Source of the DNA: Paraspadella gotoi | Lineage: Eukaryota; Animalia; Chaetognatha | Reading direction: 5' to 3' | Length of the DNA: 64,000 nucleotides | Assembly: GCA_051294375.1 (NCBI GenBank) | Contig: CM119268.1 | Span: forward strand, 14,591,396-14,655,395 | In this document: positions 54,201 through 64,000 of the stretch, piece by piece | How positions within the stretch are numbered: position 1 is the first letter of the stretch | Layout: each line of letters begins with the position of its first letter | Position numbers and translations under genes: made by a program | Notes under the pieces: generated by a model | Seen by the model: the letters and a program-made list of their open reading frames with translations, nothing else | The model's database searches: none | What the model was told of the DNA's origin: nothing

Positions 54201-57200
54201 GAACTCAAAGGTTGTAATAAAAGTTAAAAGGTAATAAAATTTGAGTATATGTTCAAATCGAGTTTTATAAAAATATAACCATTTTCAATATTAAAGTGAT
54301 ATTATCCGCACCCTGCCTAAAAGAAAACGCCAATGTCGTGGAAGAGAAAAAGTTGAACGAAAGAGAAAAAGTTGAACGAGAGGACGAGAAATATCGAGGA
54401 AGAGATAAGAAAGGGGCTGGATGTTAGGGAGAGGAAATAAAAACTCACCTCGCATCCGATGAGCGGATCGAAACCAAAGTGACTGGGTTGACACTTGTCG
54501 CATGCATCGTCCTTGACGACGTTGGGTCCGCAAATGCAGTCCCCGTTGTTGGGATCGCACAGTCCGTACGCGCAGTTGCACGCTGTTAAAAGATGAAGAA
54601 TAGATAATAATATTAAGATTAATAGTAAATAAAATAAACGACGCCTTAGGCTCCCGTTTATGATTCATTACAGAAATTTAAAACTGACGTTAACCATTGT
54701 CGGCAAAGATTATAAGTGGGTATAATTACAAGACTAATCTCAGAGTTAATCAGATTGGTTGAATGAGGCAGAAAGAACTGCGACAGCTGATGGGCTAAGA
54801 GGATTTTTTCCACGATGACGAGCTGAAAGCAAATCGGTTTTGATGGGCGGAAAGCGATGGTGATGTAAAACTAAAAGCCTTGGCAGTGACCGTAGGCTAA
54901 AAGGATAGTCGATTTTGACTGGAATTGGTTTTAAGGGACAGGGCAGGGAAATGGACAAAGAAGAAAAAGGAAGCGTTGACAGTCTTATGAGATTGATGGG
55001 CTAAAAAGGCATGGCTGATGGGGTAGAGCGATTGTTTAGTCCCGGGGGGAAATAAAACTAGATTTGATTTCGGTGGAGTTAACGTTCGACAATAAAAATC
55101 GGAACCTCGAAAAGAAACGAGGTAGAATGAGGAAATTAACGATTGATTCTTTAGGCGAGCGGGTTTTTTAATAGAAATAGCGAAAAGAAAATAATGGGCC
55201 TGGGATCCCAGAAGGACTCCAGTAAAAGAACTTGCAAAATCTTATTACGTATAACAAACTATTCATAAACGAGCATTTTTATACAGGAGACGTATTTGTT
55301 TCCCCCTCCCCAACCACTCCTCACACCCACTCCTTCGTTGATTCCATAAGGCGGAGAGCATAACATTTCATACAGCCTCGCTCCACAGCCTGAACGACTG
55401 CCTAAGACTCACGCTTGCAGTTGGGGAATCCGTAAAAGCCCGTCTTGCACTGGGAGCAAGTTCGTCCGATGACGTGGGACTTGCAATCGCATTGTCCTCC
55501 GTAGTCGCGGCACTGGAAGGAGAGGGAACCGTCGATGTTGCACTCGCAATTGAGGGCGCCGTTGTTGTACTCGGAGGTCAGGGAAAAGGCGGACTCCTTG
55601 CAGAAACGGGCTCGAGTCGCGCGCTTTGGGAATAGCAAGAGGTTTTTTGCGGGTTGGGGGATGTGTGTGTGGGGGGGGATGAGATTTAAGTTTAAAAACC
55701 GTCGCCGAAAGTAAAATCGACAAGATAACTGAGATAACACGGCAGTAATAAACCTAGAAGATAAGCGTGTGAAATTTAATTACTTCTTTAGGTTATAACT
55801 TCACAAACCTAAATTCTAAAACTGTACTAAAACACAGCCGCGTTTCTCTTGGAACTGGCCGGGAGAAAAAACAAATATCTCGCCGCGAAAAAACGAAACG
55901 GGAGAAAATTGAATTCGGCTCAGAAAATATCATCAAAGAACGGGGGGGGGGAAAGATTGGGAAACGAACGGTTTGGCAACGATAAGGAAAACGGAGAAAG
56001 TTGAAAAAGCCAGATGTCGAAAAAATGACAGAGAAAATGAAAGCGGAGTGGGGAGGCTGGGCGGGTTGGAGTTAGCGGAGGATGAAAAGGAAAAAAGAAA
56101 CTCCTCTGGGTCAAAAGTCGAGGAAAATATGAAGTCGCGCGCGATCGAGGTGAGGAGTTGAGGAAGACGAAAATCTCGACGAGCCCCCCCCCTTTTTCCG
56201 ATCCGACTAAATCCCCACTAGATTTTTTGTTCAAGTTTGGATTAGGCGATTTACATTTTGAATACATAGCGCAGCTAATTTTTTTTCTTTTTAGATTTTT
56301 AAAACAAATATTTTTCACTAATTATATTTATAAAAGTATTAATTATATATACATATATATTATTATTAGACTTATATTTAATATTTTTAAACGAACCATG
56401 TCAAATCATATAAGATATATAGATAGATGTAGATGTAAATTAAGAAATTCGATAACATAAATCTATGTCTATATCTATGCCTATTACATACATAGTATGC
56501 CTATTACATACATAGTTCACGGAGATTGAATTAAAGTTTCTACTACAAACGCTAACTAATAAAGAGATAGAAAAATTATTAAAAAAATTTTGTCAAAACG
56601 ATTTGACACTGAAGGAACAAACCTAGTTTGATTAGTGGCCGCAATAATGGAGACGAATTTTCCGTTCTCATATCTTTTTCGTCAAAAAAGCAAACAAAAG
56701 GCGGTCATGGCAAACATTCTTTAGTAAGATGACAAATTCAAAGTAAACTTACCGAATGTAAAAACTGTCCCCGGCGCAAAACTGGATAAATTCTCCAGCC
56801 TTGTCCACTGGCAAAGGGTCCAAAACTTTTTCATTGTACGAACTTGCCGGGACGGCGATTACGTAATCCTAGTATAAGTAAATGTTCATATTTTTTTGAA
56901 AATAGTCAACGAAGTTTTGCATTTTTCTTAAAAGATTAAAAACAATGCATATTCTTGGGCATATTTTATAAATTCCAAAATATAAAACAGACAGAAAGGA
57001 TTGCACGGACATTATCTAATTGGATTAATGGATTTTATGTTTTTATATTTATAATTATTATTCTCCGATATAATATAATCTAAATTTTGAAATGTTTTCC
57101 TTTGTCTTTTGTTTTGCTTACCAACCACAGCGTTTGTTCAGAGTGAATTAGAATTTGATAAGTTGTGTCCGTAAGCTGAAAGGTATCGCTGCCTCCACTC

Positions 57201-60200
57201 GGATAAGTTATTACCGTTCTGCAACCAGACGTGTGAGGGCAGTAAGAGGCGGAGATTTTTCCTGATGAAAACAAAATAACAATGAGCCGATTATCTTTCG
57301 CAGCTTGAGATTAAAAAAAAAATTTGCAGTCCTTGAACTTAACATAAAAAAAAAACTGAACCTACATCTCTGTATTCTGAATGAAAATGTAGAGCAACCA
57401 AACATGACGAATTTATGTTATCGATATATGGTGCCCTGGCATAGCATTTAATTAACAAGCCCCAAAGCAAAAGCAACTACAAGTTTTATGACCAGTATAT
57501 TTAACTGTACTGTATTTAACCGAATCGAAAACACATTGTCCCAACACTTACAATTCTCAATAGACCCCAAAAATCCCAGTATTCTAAGCTTTTGAATTCG
57601 ATACACTTGTAACGAATTCAAAATCTTAGAATGAGCAGACACTGAAATCTTAACTGGGTTCTAGGTCACTGTTAGTCCATTATCTACCAAAAATCCCATT
57701 ATCACTAGCTGCAGAATTCTAAATTAAAATAAAAGTATAAAATAAAAAATAAAAGTTAACAAAGTATATGGCTATATATTAGTTTCACCTAGCTCATAGC
57801 AATATATTTAGTTTCCTGTAAACAATTTAACGTTAGTACTTAGTACTTAGCTAGATAATCTTGAAGCAAAATTAATACTCATAGTTCATTGGTCAGAAAT
57901 GAAGTTTGGGAGATTGAGAAAAAAGCTCGGCGCGCAGTTTCAGGGGGATAAGGACTATCTTCTATATAATGTGAACAAATGTTCTTTCACTTCTCGTTTT
58001 ACCTGCGCTTTTGAGAAACAGCGGATCTCCTACAGTCGAAGAGATTATGTACATGTACTTTTACGATTTTAAATTAATACTCGCCCAAAAAACCAATTAC
58101 GCGTCACTAGCCATATTGTATAAATCAAAGTATTAATATATTTTAGGCATTTACACTTTCCCTGTTTAGTGGAAACTCCGTTTTACCTGGATAACTCTGT
58201 GATCCCGAGGCGATGACGACTTGCGCCTCAACGACAGGAAGCAACGGTTGATAAAATTGAACCACGAAGACGTACGGTCCAGGTTGCGCAACCTGACCGG
58301 AGAAGGCCACTGTCGGCTGCGGGAGGGATGACATTGAAAAAAAAGTAATTAAACAGGGCTAGTTTTTGTTTTGTTTTTTCCTCACCAAAGACTATTATAC
58401 ATGTAAAATACATTAAAGAAAATAATTTAAACTCATTACGTTGAATTTATATTTTTTGTTATATTAAACCGGATTATATCATTTATTGATTGATTCAACT
58501 TGGTCATTCTTCTAAACTAAAAATATAAATAAACCAATAAAAATTAATATGATAAAAAAACCGGTTCTTTATCTTTATTCCTTTAGTTTGGTTTGTTGGT
58601 TGAGATCGAGAGCAGAGTTTAACAAGTTCACTCAACCGGAAAATAATTTTTGAGACCCGACACCAGTTAATGATGACTCGAGTTTTACTGCTTTAAAGTT
58701 CGGAAAATACAAAGAAAATCTATTTAAAGATAAATTACAACCAAAAATAAAACGGAGCTTTATATGACATTTACGAACTACACTATACTTCAACATTTTT
58801 TCGAAAAATAATAAACCACAACAGTGGCTTAAAATAAGAAAATTAATATTTAGCTAAATTAAATGGCACGATAGTCTAAAAACAATCGTTAAAATGTATA
58901 AAGTTGGTCGAAGTTTCGGCAGATCGGGCTACTGGCGGCGTTTCGAAAAATTTCTTCCTCGATCATCTTCACACATTCAAGAACAATTATCTCGCTCTCA
59001 AACATCTGCGGTCGCAAGTGAACCGGCCAAGGTATTGACAATGCAGTCTAAATCTAATCTTTCAATGGATTTCTATTGCATACTAAATAAGCTTTTTTCC
59101 CCAGAACGCACACATTCCACAACATGAATTGAAAGACCCTAAACCGTTTTCAGAAGTTCCGAGGCTGTCGTTTTTCCAAACAACGAATTTAATGATAAAA
59201 ATGTTGTCTCCGAAACTACAAGAACAGATACACAAAACCCAGGTACATAGCGTCTGAAATACATTAATTACGTTTGAATATTATAGGACAAGTATGCATG
59301 TATCGTAGACACAGACATGGAAAAGAAATGTTGTCAAATATAGAGAGCGAGAGAGACTGAAGAGAGAAAGCGCGGCACTGACCAAGAAAGAGAGAGAGGA
59401 AAGAGAGAGTAACCGGCTTCTCTTACTATGGATAGTCCAGGACCACCGAGGGTTGACCAAATGGCTACGAAACCTTTGTAGCCACTGTATAATGATTAGG
59501 ATTGAAGCTGAAGCGGATGATTATTCTCGAGTTTCATATCCAGATCGACGTCCAACAAATTGGCGATATGCTCTTCACACCATTTCCATCTCCCACGCTC
59601 CAAATCTACGATCCTGAAATAGCGGCAAAGGCGCTCAGGAATCAAGGATCAACGCCATCCCGAGGGGATGTGATTCCTTGGATAGAATACAGAAAAGAAA
59701 CTGGTGAACCCAAGGCGCTAATCTCGGCTGAAGGGGAAGAATGGCAAAAGTCGAGGTCAGTCGAGAGTACGAATATATTGCGTTTCTCATATAATAAATG
59801 AATTGAAAGCTTACAGGGACCTGCTATGTCATTATCTTGTAAGAGGCCTTAAAACCACCAAAGCCTGTCAAAAGTCATGGGCAAGATCGCTTATTTAATA
59901 AATGAATGGATAATTTGTATATTGGTTGTACCAATTTCATATCATCGAAAGTGGAATTGCGCCAATAATTTTTTCAAAGGTCCGTCGTTTCTAAAAAGAT
60001 AATGCCCCCTCGTCACGTGCAGACGTTTGAGGCAGGTCTCGTGGAAGTCGTGGACGAGCAAATCGAAAACATCAAGCGGCGATCTTCCAAATTCGCCGAA
60101 GCCGACCCCGAAGGAAGAAGAATTGTTGAGGTTCATAAGAAAAAAATTCCGCGGTTTTAGGTAATTTTTAAAAAAAAATTTCATCTTTAAACACAGTCTT

Positions 60201-63200
60201 CTCCGCGTAGGAACTACCCAACGAAATGTACAAATGGGCCATGGAAAGTATAGGCACGGTCCTGTTTGAAACTCGACTGGGATGCTTAAAGGATCCCGTT
60301 CCCACAGAAGTTCAAGGGTTTATCAACAGCATCAACGAAATGCTGAAGACCACTGTGCCCGCTTGGATTCTTTTCGACCTACAGAAGAAGTTGGGTTCTC
60401 CGATGGTGAAGAGACACTTCAAGGCTTGGGACAACATTTTTTCCTTTGTTAGAGAAGTTGTCAGCAGGTGACAGAGTTTTTAATAGTCAACAGGATATAA
60501 CAATAAAGCAAGGGCAACAACCTGATGGCTACTGATACCCGGTTACGAGACATGGGGCATTTAGGTCGCTCTGGACCATTATTGGCTCCCTTCGAAGTAA
60601 TAGCGATGATAACCCTAGCTTTGCCAAAGAACCGGGGTGCTCTGGGATTGAACCCGAGGCGTTGTTTGGGATGGTGCGTTAAGACTGCTGAGCAACCTAC
60701 GATCGGCGGAGGCCACGAAGCTTAAATGTGGTAGTGTCGAGCCACATCAACAAGAACACGCAATCTCAAATAACAGTGACCGTACGACTTTACCTTCGAC
60801 CACTTGCCCTCTGTCTTTTTATGGTCAACTTTGACCATGTAAATACCATTGTTATAGACTTAGCATCTTAACCTTTTTATTGTTATTGTTATTAATCTGT
60901 AGAAGAATAAAATCATTCTTACTCTGAAACTTGTTGCGTCCACAGTAGTTTGGTTTCTGTCACACAACACAAATGATAATAAAAAATGATCTTTATGAAT
61001 CTCGAAAACCTTATATAAAAACTTACCACTTCTTAAACATATTTACATTTTTTTTTCAAAAAAGACGAAAATCAGAACTCGCGAAAATGGAGGACGCAAC
61101 GTCAGTCTCCAAAAGCGAAGGCGCCGTTCTGACTTACCTCCTCCAGGAGCAAACCTTGAGCGACGAGGATATTCGGGCCAATTTAACGGAACTCCTTCTC
61201 GGGGGCGTTGACACTACGTCAAACACCCTTGTGTGGGCTTTCTACGCACTATCGCGCAACCACGAGCAGCTTGGTCGACTCGAGGAAGAGATCGAATCGG
61301 TGCTCGGCAACGTCCCTCCTAGCGTCAAACTCATCCACAAGATGCCGTTTCTCAAGAGTTGCATCAAAGAGACGCTGCGACTGTAAGTTTATTCGATCGA
61401 AGATCTTTCAGTATCTCAAAAAACCCTTTAAATTGCCATCTCGCATTCGGGTAGATATCCCGTCGCCATCGCCATGGCGAGGAAGTTGGAGAACGATCTG
61501 GAATTGGGAGGATATTTAGTCCCCAAAGGGACCCTGTGCAACGCGAATCTTTATGCCATGGCAATGTCGGAGAAGCAGTTCGCCGAACCGGAAAAATTCA
61601 ACCCCGCAAGATGGGACAAAAAGACTGGGAAGGATTTTCATCCCTTCGCGTCGATTCCGTTTGGGTACGGATTTTTTTTTTAAACTGTTAAACAAACACG
61701 GAAACAAAGTGGCAATCAACCATCTTATCATTTCCGCGACAGTTACGGACCGCGAAGTTGCATCGGAAAGCGGCTCGCCGAAATGGAGATGCATCTGATG
61801 CTCGCGAGAATGGTTCAAAAGTTCCACCTTCGTCCGGCGCCGGGATTGCCTGATATCGAACCGATCATGCGTCTGTTGCTCGTCCCGCCGCAGAATCAAC
61901 ACGTTCCGGTCGAATTTGTCCCGAAATAATGTTTTTATTTTTTTTCAAAAATCCAATTTTATACGTATGTAATTTAACACGTAGATGTAATATGCGTATC
62001 CGAAACTATCATGGTTACGTTATAATATTTTTAAAAAAAATTATCCTACTACATCCTACTACATTTAATCCCTTTTTTCTCCTCACCGTTTGTCTATCGA
62101 GTCTGACGAGTCCACCGTGCTTGACGCCGACCGGAAGTCCGCTGGCGTCAACGACAGTGACGTTTCCGTCTTCCACTTCCTTCTTGAAAGATTCGGGGGG
62201 TAGGGGGTAGCGTGATTGAATGCACTCCCCTTCGCGAACAACGCAGTTCACCTGGACAGATATTTGTCAATGGGGTGGGACAGAAGTTTGATTTGGGAAC
62301 CTTCTCGAATGAAACTTCATACATTTCTGAGAAAACTTTTAATGGACCAAATTTTTTTTTCAAATGGCTAGAAGCACTAGTGATTATTTTTTTAATATTT
62401 ATTTATCGATAGGAAATGTGAATTTTGTATTTTTAAAAGCGGATTCAGATAGTTTATGAAAAGTTGTCTACACAAAGTATAATTCTTTTTTCAATACTTT
62501 GATGATAGCGAGTTAAAATTGGGAAAAATCATTAAAAATCATCATCATCATCATCCGATGATTTTAACAGTTTTTACTAATTTTTGTAGCAGATTAATTT
62601 GTGAATTGATTTTCAGTAATAAAACATTAAAATATTAAAAAGTTGTAATTACATTTTTTACTAAACTTTTTGAGCTCTATCCGAATCAATTAAAAAAATT
62701 TAAAATATCTAAAAAAAATTTTGACATTATATAGCAATATAATTAGCGAATTACTCATGGTTCGGAACATTTTCGCAAAAAAAATATATTAACACAATAA
62801 CTAATACCAATAATGGATTAGTTTAACGCTGTTCCCATTAAAATTTGAATTTGATCGGCTACCGCTAATCAAAGACCAAATTTTCTCCCGGATAACCTTC
62901 GGCAATATGATGTTCGTGTTCCAATTATCCTCCGGAATGGCGACGACAGAGTCGATGTAAACCTAACGAAAAAATTCGGCGACAGATTACAAACGCTGAC
63001 GGCAAACCCCGCGCAACAATGAGTCAACGTCAACACCGAAAATCCCCACCGTACCTTCGTTCCCGGTTTTCCGGTCAAAACGAGTCGATTCTCCGTCTTG
63101 AGATTGACCAGCGCGACTCTGCCCTTCTCGTCCGTGACGACCTCGTTGCACAGCGACGCGTAGGCGCATTCGTAGAGGACGGCGTGACCTCGCGTCGTTG

Positions 63201-63960
63201 ACGTCGACGTGAACTTCTTGGGCGCGCGGCATCGGCGTGAGTGAAGTAGCGGATGACGAGGACGTAGAGTCCGGGGAAAGAGACGCGGAGGGAATGGTGA
63301 CGGAACTCTTGAATGGGCGGGGGAGGGTGGAGACGGTTAGAGAATTGTTAAATCGCAGTTGGTAAATATGTTTATGAAGAGACAGTAATTATTGTTATGA
63401 GTTAATGACAGAACCGTTCAATATGAGCAGTCCCTGAGCTTCGGTTCAGGCTGTAACACCGTGTTACAGGCGGGTTAAGCGCCCCGTCCCTCTTTAACTG
63501 CTTGGCGACCACCGGGCTAGAACCCCGGACCTTTGGGTTGGGAGGCGAATGACTTGCCTCCGGCACCAATGGCCACTGATGAACAGTTGGTGGATTTTTA
63601 GTCCACCATATTTATAAATATGTTTCTCTTCTTTCATTCGCATTATCGATCCTCATTATCTAGACCCATTATCTTTCATGACCCATTTTCTTTCCCCCCC
63701 ATTTCTTTCGGATCACTTTTTACATTATCTTTTACACTTTTACAAAAAGGAATCAAAAAGTAACAAATTGCAACGAGAGATTATATGTCCAGCACTTCTT
63801 TCATATTTTCTTTCACATTTTCATTTTTCAAAAACATCGACAACCTGATCGTCGTCGATGAGGACGAGTCCTTGACTCTTCAATCGATCGTCCACCCAAT
63901 TCTCGTGCACCACTTCGGGTTGCTTCAACTCCGCGCCGGAAATGACGTAACCGTCAACGC
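1..63960 (-). CDS. LAMA3/5: Laminin subunit alpha, alpha-3/5 (LanA) type; partial, both ends outside window
   Basis: GT-AG exons, phases consistent apart from the indels noted below: 63845-63960, 63055-63307, 62897-62962, 62087-62251, 58187-58316, 57122-57261, 56753-56868, 55413-55623, 54449-54582, 40159-40229, 39564-39708, 38828-38900, 38645-38715, 23263-23418, 22173-22355, 20532-20656, 18724-18804, 18480-18627, 18242-18363, 16957-17049, 16453-16820, 16123-16279, 15922-16028, 12627-12778, 11692-11769, 11019-11157, 10192-10359, 8329-8516, 7224-7342, 5880-6037, 3799-3937, 3296-3506, 2242-2424, 2110-2177, 1419-1609, 1057-1257, 821-968, 562-683, <1-6. Motifs are colinear with LAMA5/LanA: [102 protein letters not shown]. 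Frame-breaking indels lie near 7317, 55610 and 63190-63290. Confidence 0.96.
5531..5808. mobile_element. Diverged, left-truncated copy of the same MITE
   Basis: Shares ttgaccttgtaaata.catt.ttatagacttagcatctgag, aaccttgttgaaaaataaa and the right TIR ending gtccaca. Confidence 0.8.
7575..7673. repeat. (GA)n microsatellite
   Basis: Direct reading; preceded by short gggggaagagatggagggaag repeats at about 7350-7420. Confidence 0.95.
8048..8111 (+). mobile_element. Degenerate tRNA-derived (SINE-head-like) fragment
   Basis: A-box-like TGGCGCAGTTGG followed by aagtcatt and ccaaaggt, blocks shared with the tRNA-like module of the LTR; B-box is decayed. Confidence 0.4.
14345..14560 (+). mobile_element. 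Old, diverged copy of the same LTR in opposite orientation
   Basis: Colinear blocks gccggaggcaagtcatt, ccaaagg, ctagccc, ggacgg.gcgcttaacc, agggactg and ctgtctcttc match the reverse complement of the LTR; ends are approximate. Confidence 0.7.
15922..18627 (-). CDS. LAMA3/5: Laminin alpha exons encoding the LE repeats before the coiled coil
   Basis: [65 protein letters not shown]. Confidence 0.96.
18724..23418 (-). CDS. LAMA3/5: Laminin alpha exons encoding the laminin B (domain IV type A) domain
   Basis: [12 protein letters not shown]|[10 protein letters not shown]...ADVILSGNN...|[22 protein letters not shown]...NVEEC. Confidence 0.95.
19921..20010 (+). mobile_element. Possible Helentron-associated (HINE/DINE-1-like) fragment
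   Basis: T-run, then agttgcg...actctata, then a GTCG/GTCT/GTCC tetramer microsatellite, which is the layout of HINE 5' ends; the other end was not identified. Confidence 0.4.
24481..24646. repeat. Two (GA)n microsatellite tracts
   Basis: Direct reading. Confidence 0.95.
27003..37180 (+). CDS. PDE5/11-like: Class I cyclic nucleotide phosphodiesterase with tandem GAF domains (PDE5/6/11 group), nested antisense in laminin intron 23419-38644
   Basis: 15 exons: 27003-27525, 28390-28575, 29293-29440, 29531-29651, 29725-29806, 30451-30540, 31576-31734, 32309-32468, 32997-33111, 34277-34518, 34630-34778, 34968-35347, 36150-36343, 36474-36764, 36890-37180(TAA). GAF-A: [19 protein letters not shown]...LVSKLFDV...[21 protein letters not shown]. 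Catalytic motifs: [68 protein letters not shown]. Small indels in exons 6 and 7. AATAAA at 37429. Confidence 0.95.
29839..30119. mobile_element. MITE with about 63-bp TIRs, TGT...ACA ends and 4-bp TSD (Ginger-like termini)
   Basis: TIR tgtggacaaacaactacaacacgcaacc...ttcaaccttacc (29839-29901) is inverted at 30057-30119; GCAA flanks both sides. Confidence 0.88.
30605..31249 (-). mobile_element. Non-autonomous miniature LTR retrotransposon (TRIM) in PDE intron 6
   Basis: Direct repeats of about 230 bp (30605-30833 and 31018-31249) flank a 184-bp non-coding core. PBS-like TGGTGAGCCCGAC (31016-31004) lies 1 nt after the 5' LTR, a polypurine tract GGGAGGGGGGGA lies just before the 3' LTR, and ATAT flanks both ends (4-bp TSD). 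Confidence 0.88.
33762..33963. repeat. 21-bp minisatellite (gaatgtggccgaggagagaat), about 9-10 copies
   Basis: Contiguous tandem units with point variants in PDE intron 9. Confidence 0.95.
38645..55623 (-). CDS. LAMA3/5: Laminin alpha exons encoding LE (laminin EGF-like) repeats upstream of the laminin B domain
   Basis: 8-Cys LE pattern in exons 55413-55623, 54449-54582, 40159-40229, 39564-39708, 38828-38900 and 38645-38715 (e.g. [28 protein letters not shown]). Confidence 0.95.
40230..41132 (-). CDS. Pro/Ser/Thr/Arg-rich ORF continuous with laminin LE exon 40159-40229 (candidate alternative first or extended exon)
   Basis: 325-codon ORF from aacaATG at 41132 reads directly into PCNCNRNG... 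Recurrent FNP, GPF/GPY and RPF/RPY peptide motifs occur with variable third codon positions. Confidence 0.55.
42637..44401 (-). CDS. Signal-peptide exon plus two VWC (chordin-like CR) domain exons; probable alternative 5' end of the laminin alpha gene
   Basis: Exon 44243-44401 [28 protein letters not shown]... ends in a phase-0 donor. Exon 43441-43653 (CETCKC...C...C...C...CCPVC) and exon 42637-42855 (CAVCKC...CCPQC) each carry 10 Cys and are phase 0-0. There is no stop codon before the last donor (tat|gtaagt). Confidence 0.88.
43853..43895. repeat. (GA)n microsatellite
   Basis: Direct reading. Confidence 0.95.
44611..44841. other. Assembly gap (other gaps near 20961, 47081, 52021, 52283, 52455)
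   Basis: Runs of N. Confidence 0.99.
44859..46030. repeat. Tandem duplication of about 590 bp next to an N-gap
   Basis: 44859-45444 and 45444-46030 are near-identical and differ mainly by single-base indels; each contains (CT)n tracts. Confidence 0.9.
47405..47805. mobile_element. Inverted-repeat (MITE-like) element
   Basis: tccctgcaagctttcaatcaagactctctc (about 47444-47473) is inverted at 47731-47760; gcctccatc/gatggaggc form an outer pair. Confidence 0.6.
51081..51683. mobile_element. Foldback/MITE-like element with long (about 200 bp) imperfect inverted repeats
   Basis: Inverted pairs agtaaggcgtag/ctacgctttact, caaaattcgaatag/ctattcgaattttg, tatttatacatagtact/agtactatgtataaata and aaagcagattcgaattcctca/tgaggaattcgaatctgcttt. 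A partial second copy lies at 52031-52281 between N-gaps. Confidence 0.8.
52801..54057 (+). CDS. His/Cys-rich protein, 166 aa, putative metal-binding; nested antisense in laminin intron 40230-54448
   Basis: Exons 52801-52851 ([17 protein letters not shown]|gtaaga), 53141-53552 and 54020-54057 ([12 protein letters not shown]) join in frame through GT-AG sites, and all three share the HC motif. Hand count is 28 His and 20 Cys. AATAAA at 54145. Confidence 0.8.
56753..63960 (-). CDS. LAMA3/5: Laminin alpha exons encoding the alpha-3/5-specific globular domain IVb
   Basis: Translations [74 protein letters not shown] and [18 protein letters not shown] resemble the corresponding LAMA5/LanA region. 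Confidence 0.88.
58894..61929 (+). CDS. CYP27-like: Cytochrome P450, mitochondrial clan (CYP27/CYP24-like), about 536 aa, nested antisense in laminin intron 58317-62086
   Basis: 8 exons in one frame: 58894-59031, 59105-59242, 59544-59755, 59980-60130, 60211-60467, 61065-61382, 61455-61664, 61743-61929(TAA). Arg/Ser-rich transit-like N-terminus, [36 protein letters not shown]-helix [27 protein letters not shown], heme motif [17 protein letters not shown]. Confidence 0.95.
60727..60944. mobile_element. Diverged partial copy of the same MITE in CYP intron 5
   Basis: Shares tatggtcaactttgacc.tgtaaataccattgttatagacttagcatct and aataaaatcattcttact.tgaaacttgttg.gtccaca. Confidence 0.75.
62400..62730. 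repeat. Decayed inverted-repeat element
   Basis: gattcagatagtttatgaaaagtt (about 62442) is an imperfect inverted match to aactttttgagctctatccgaatc (about 62664-62687); ends unclear. Confidence 0.45.
63375..63610 (-). mobile_element. Solo LTR of the same TRIM family
   Basis: Near-identical to the 30605-30833 repeat, same termini (TGAAGAGA...CCACCATA on +), flanked by TTTA on both sides. Confidence 0.88.
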
Positions 63961-64000
63961 CTGAGGAAAAGGTATATTTTCAAACGGGGCATAGTTTATA

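Noticed and set aside
63495-63580. Functional tRNA gene
   Set aside because: Anticodon and D arms do not pair, and the sequence is embedded in a repeated LTR.

Overview
AT-rich animal (invertebrate-like) genomic DNA from a draft assembly, with six N-gaps and several single-base indels inside exons. The whole window lies inside one minus-strand laminin alpha-3/5-type gene: 39 exons traced by hand, covering domain IVb, LE repeats, laminin B domain, LE repeats, coiled coil and LG1, with both gene ends outside the window. Three plus-strand genes are nested in its introns: a 15-exon GAF-GAF phosphodiesterase of the PDE5/6/11 group, a 3-exon 166-aa His/Cys-rich protein of unknown family, and an 8-exon mitochondrial-clan (CYP27-like) P450. 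The most unusual signals are: (1) a same-strand signal-peptide exon plus two VWC exons whose phases allow splicing into the laminin LE exons, predicting a short VWC-capped laminin alpha isoform; (2) a 325-codon Pro-rich ORF running into that LE exon with an 807-nt stretch free of AG dinucleotides; (3) a 645-bp non-coding LTR retroelement (TRIM) whose LTRs contain a tRNA-like module; (4) long AG-free zones and A-rich 3' splice sites across the locus. All gene models and family calls come from manual translation and remembered motifs; no search was run.
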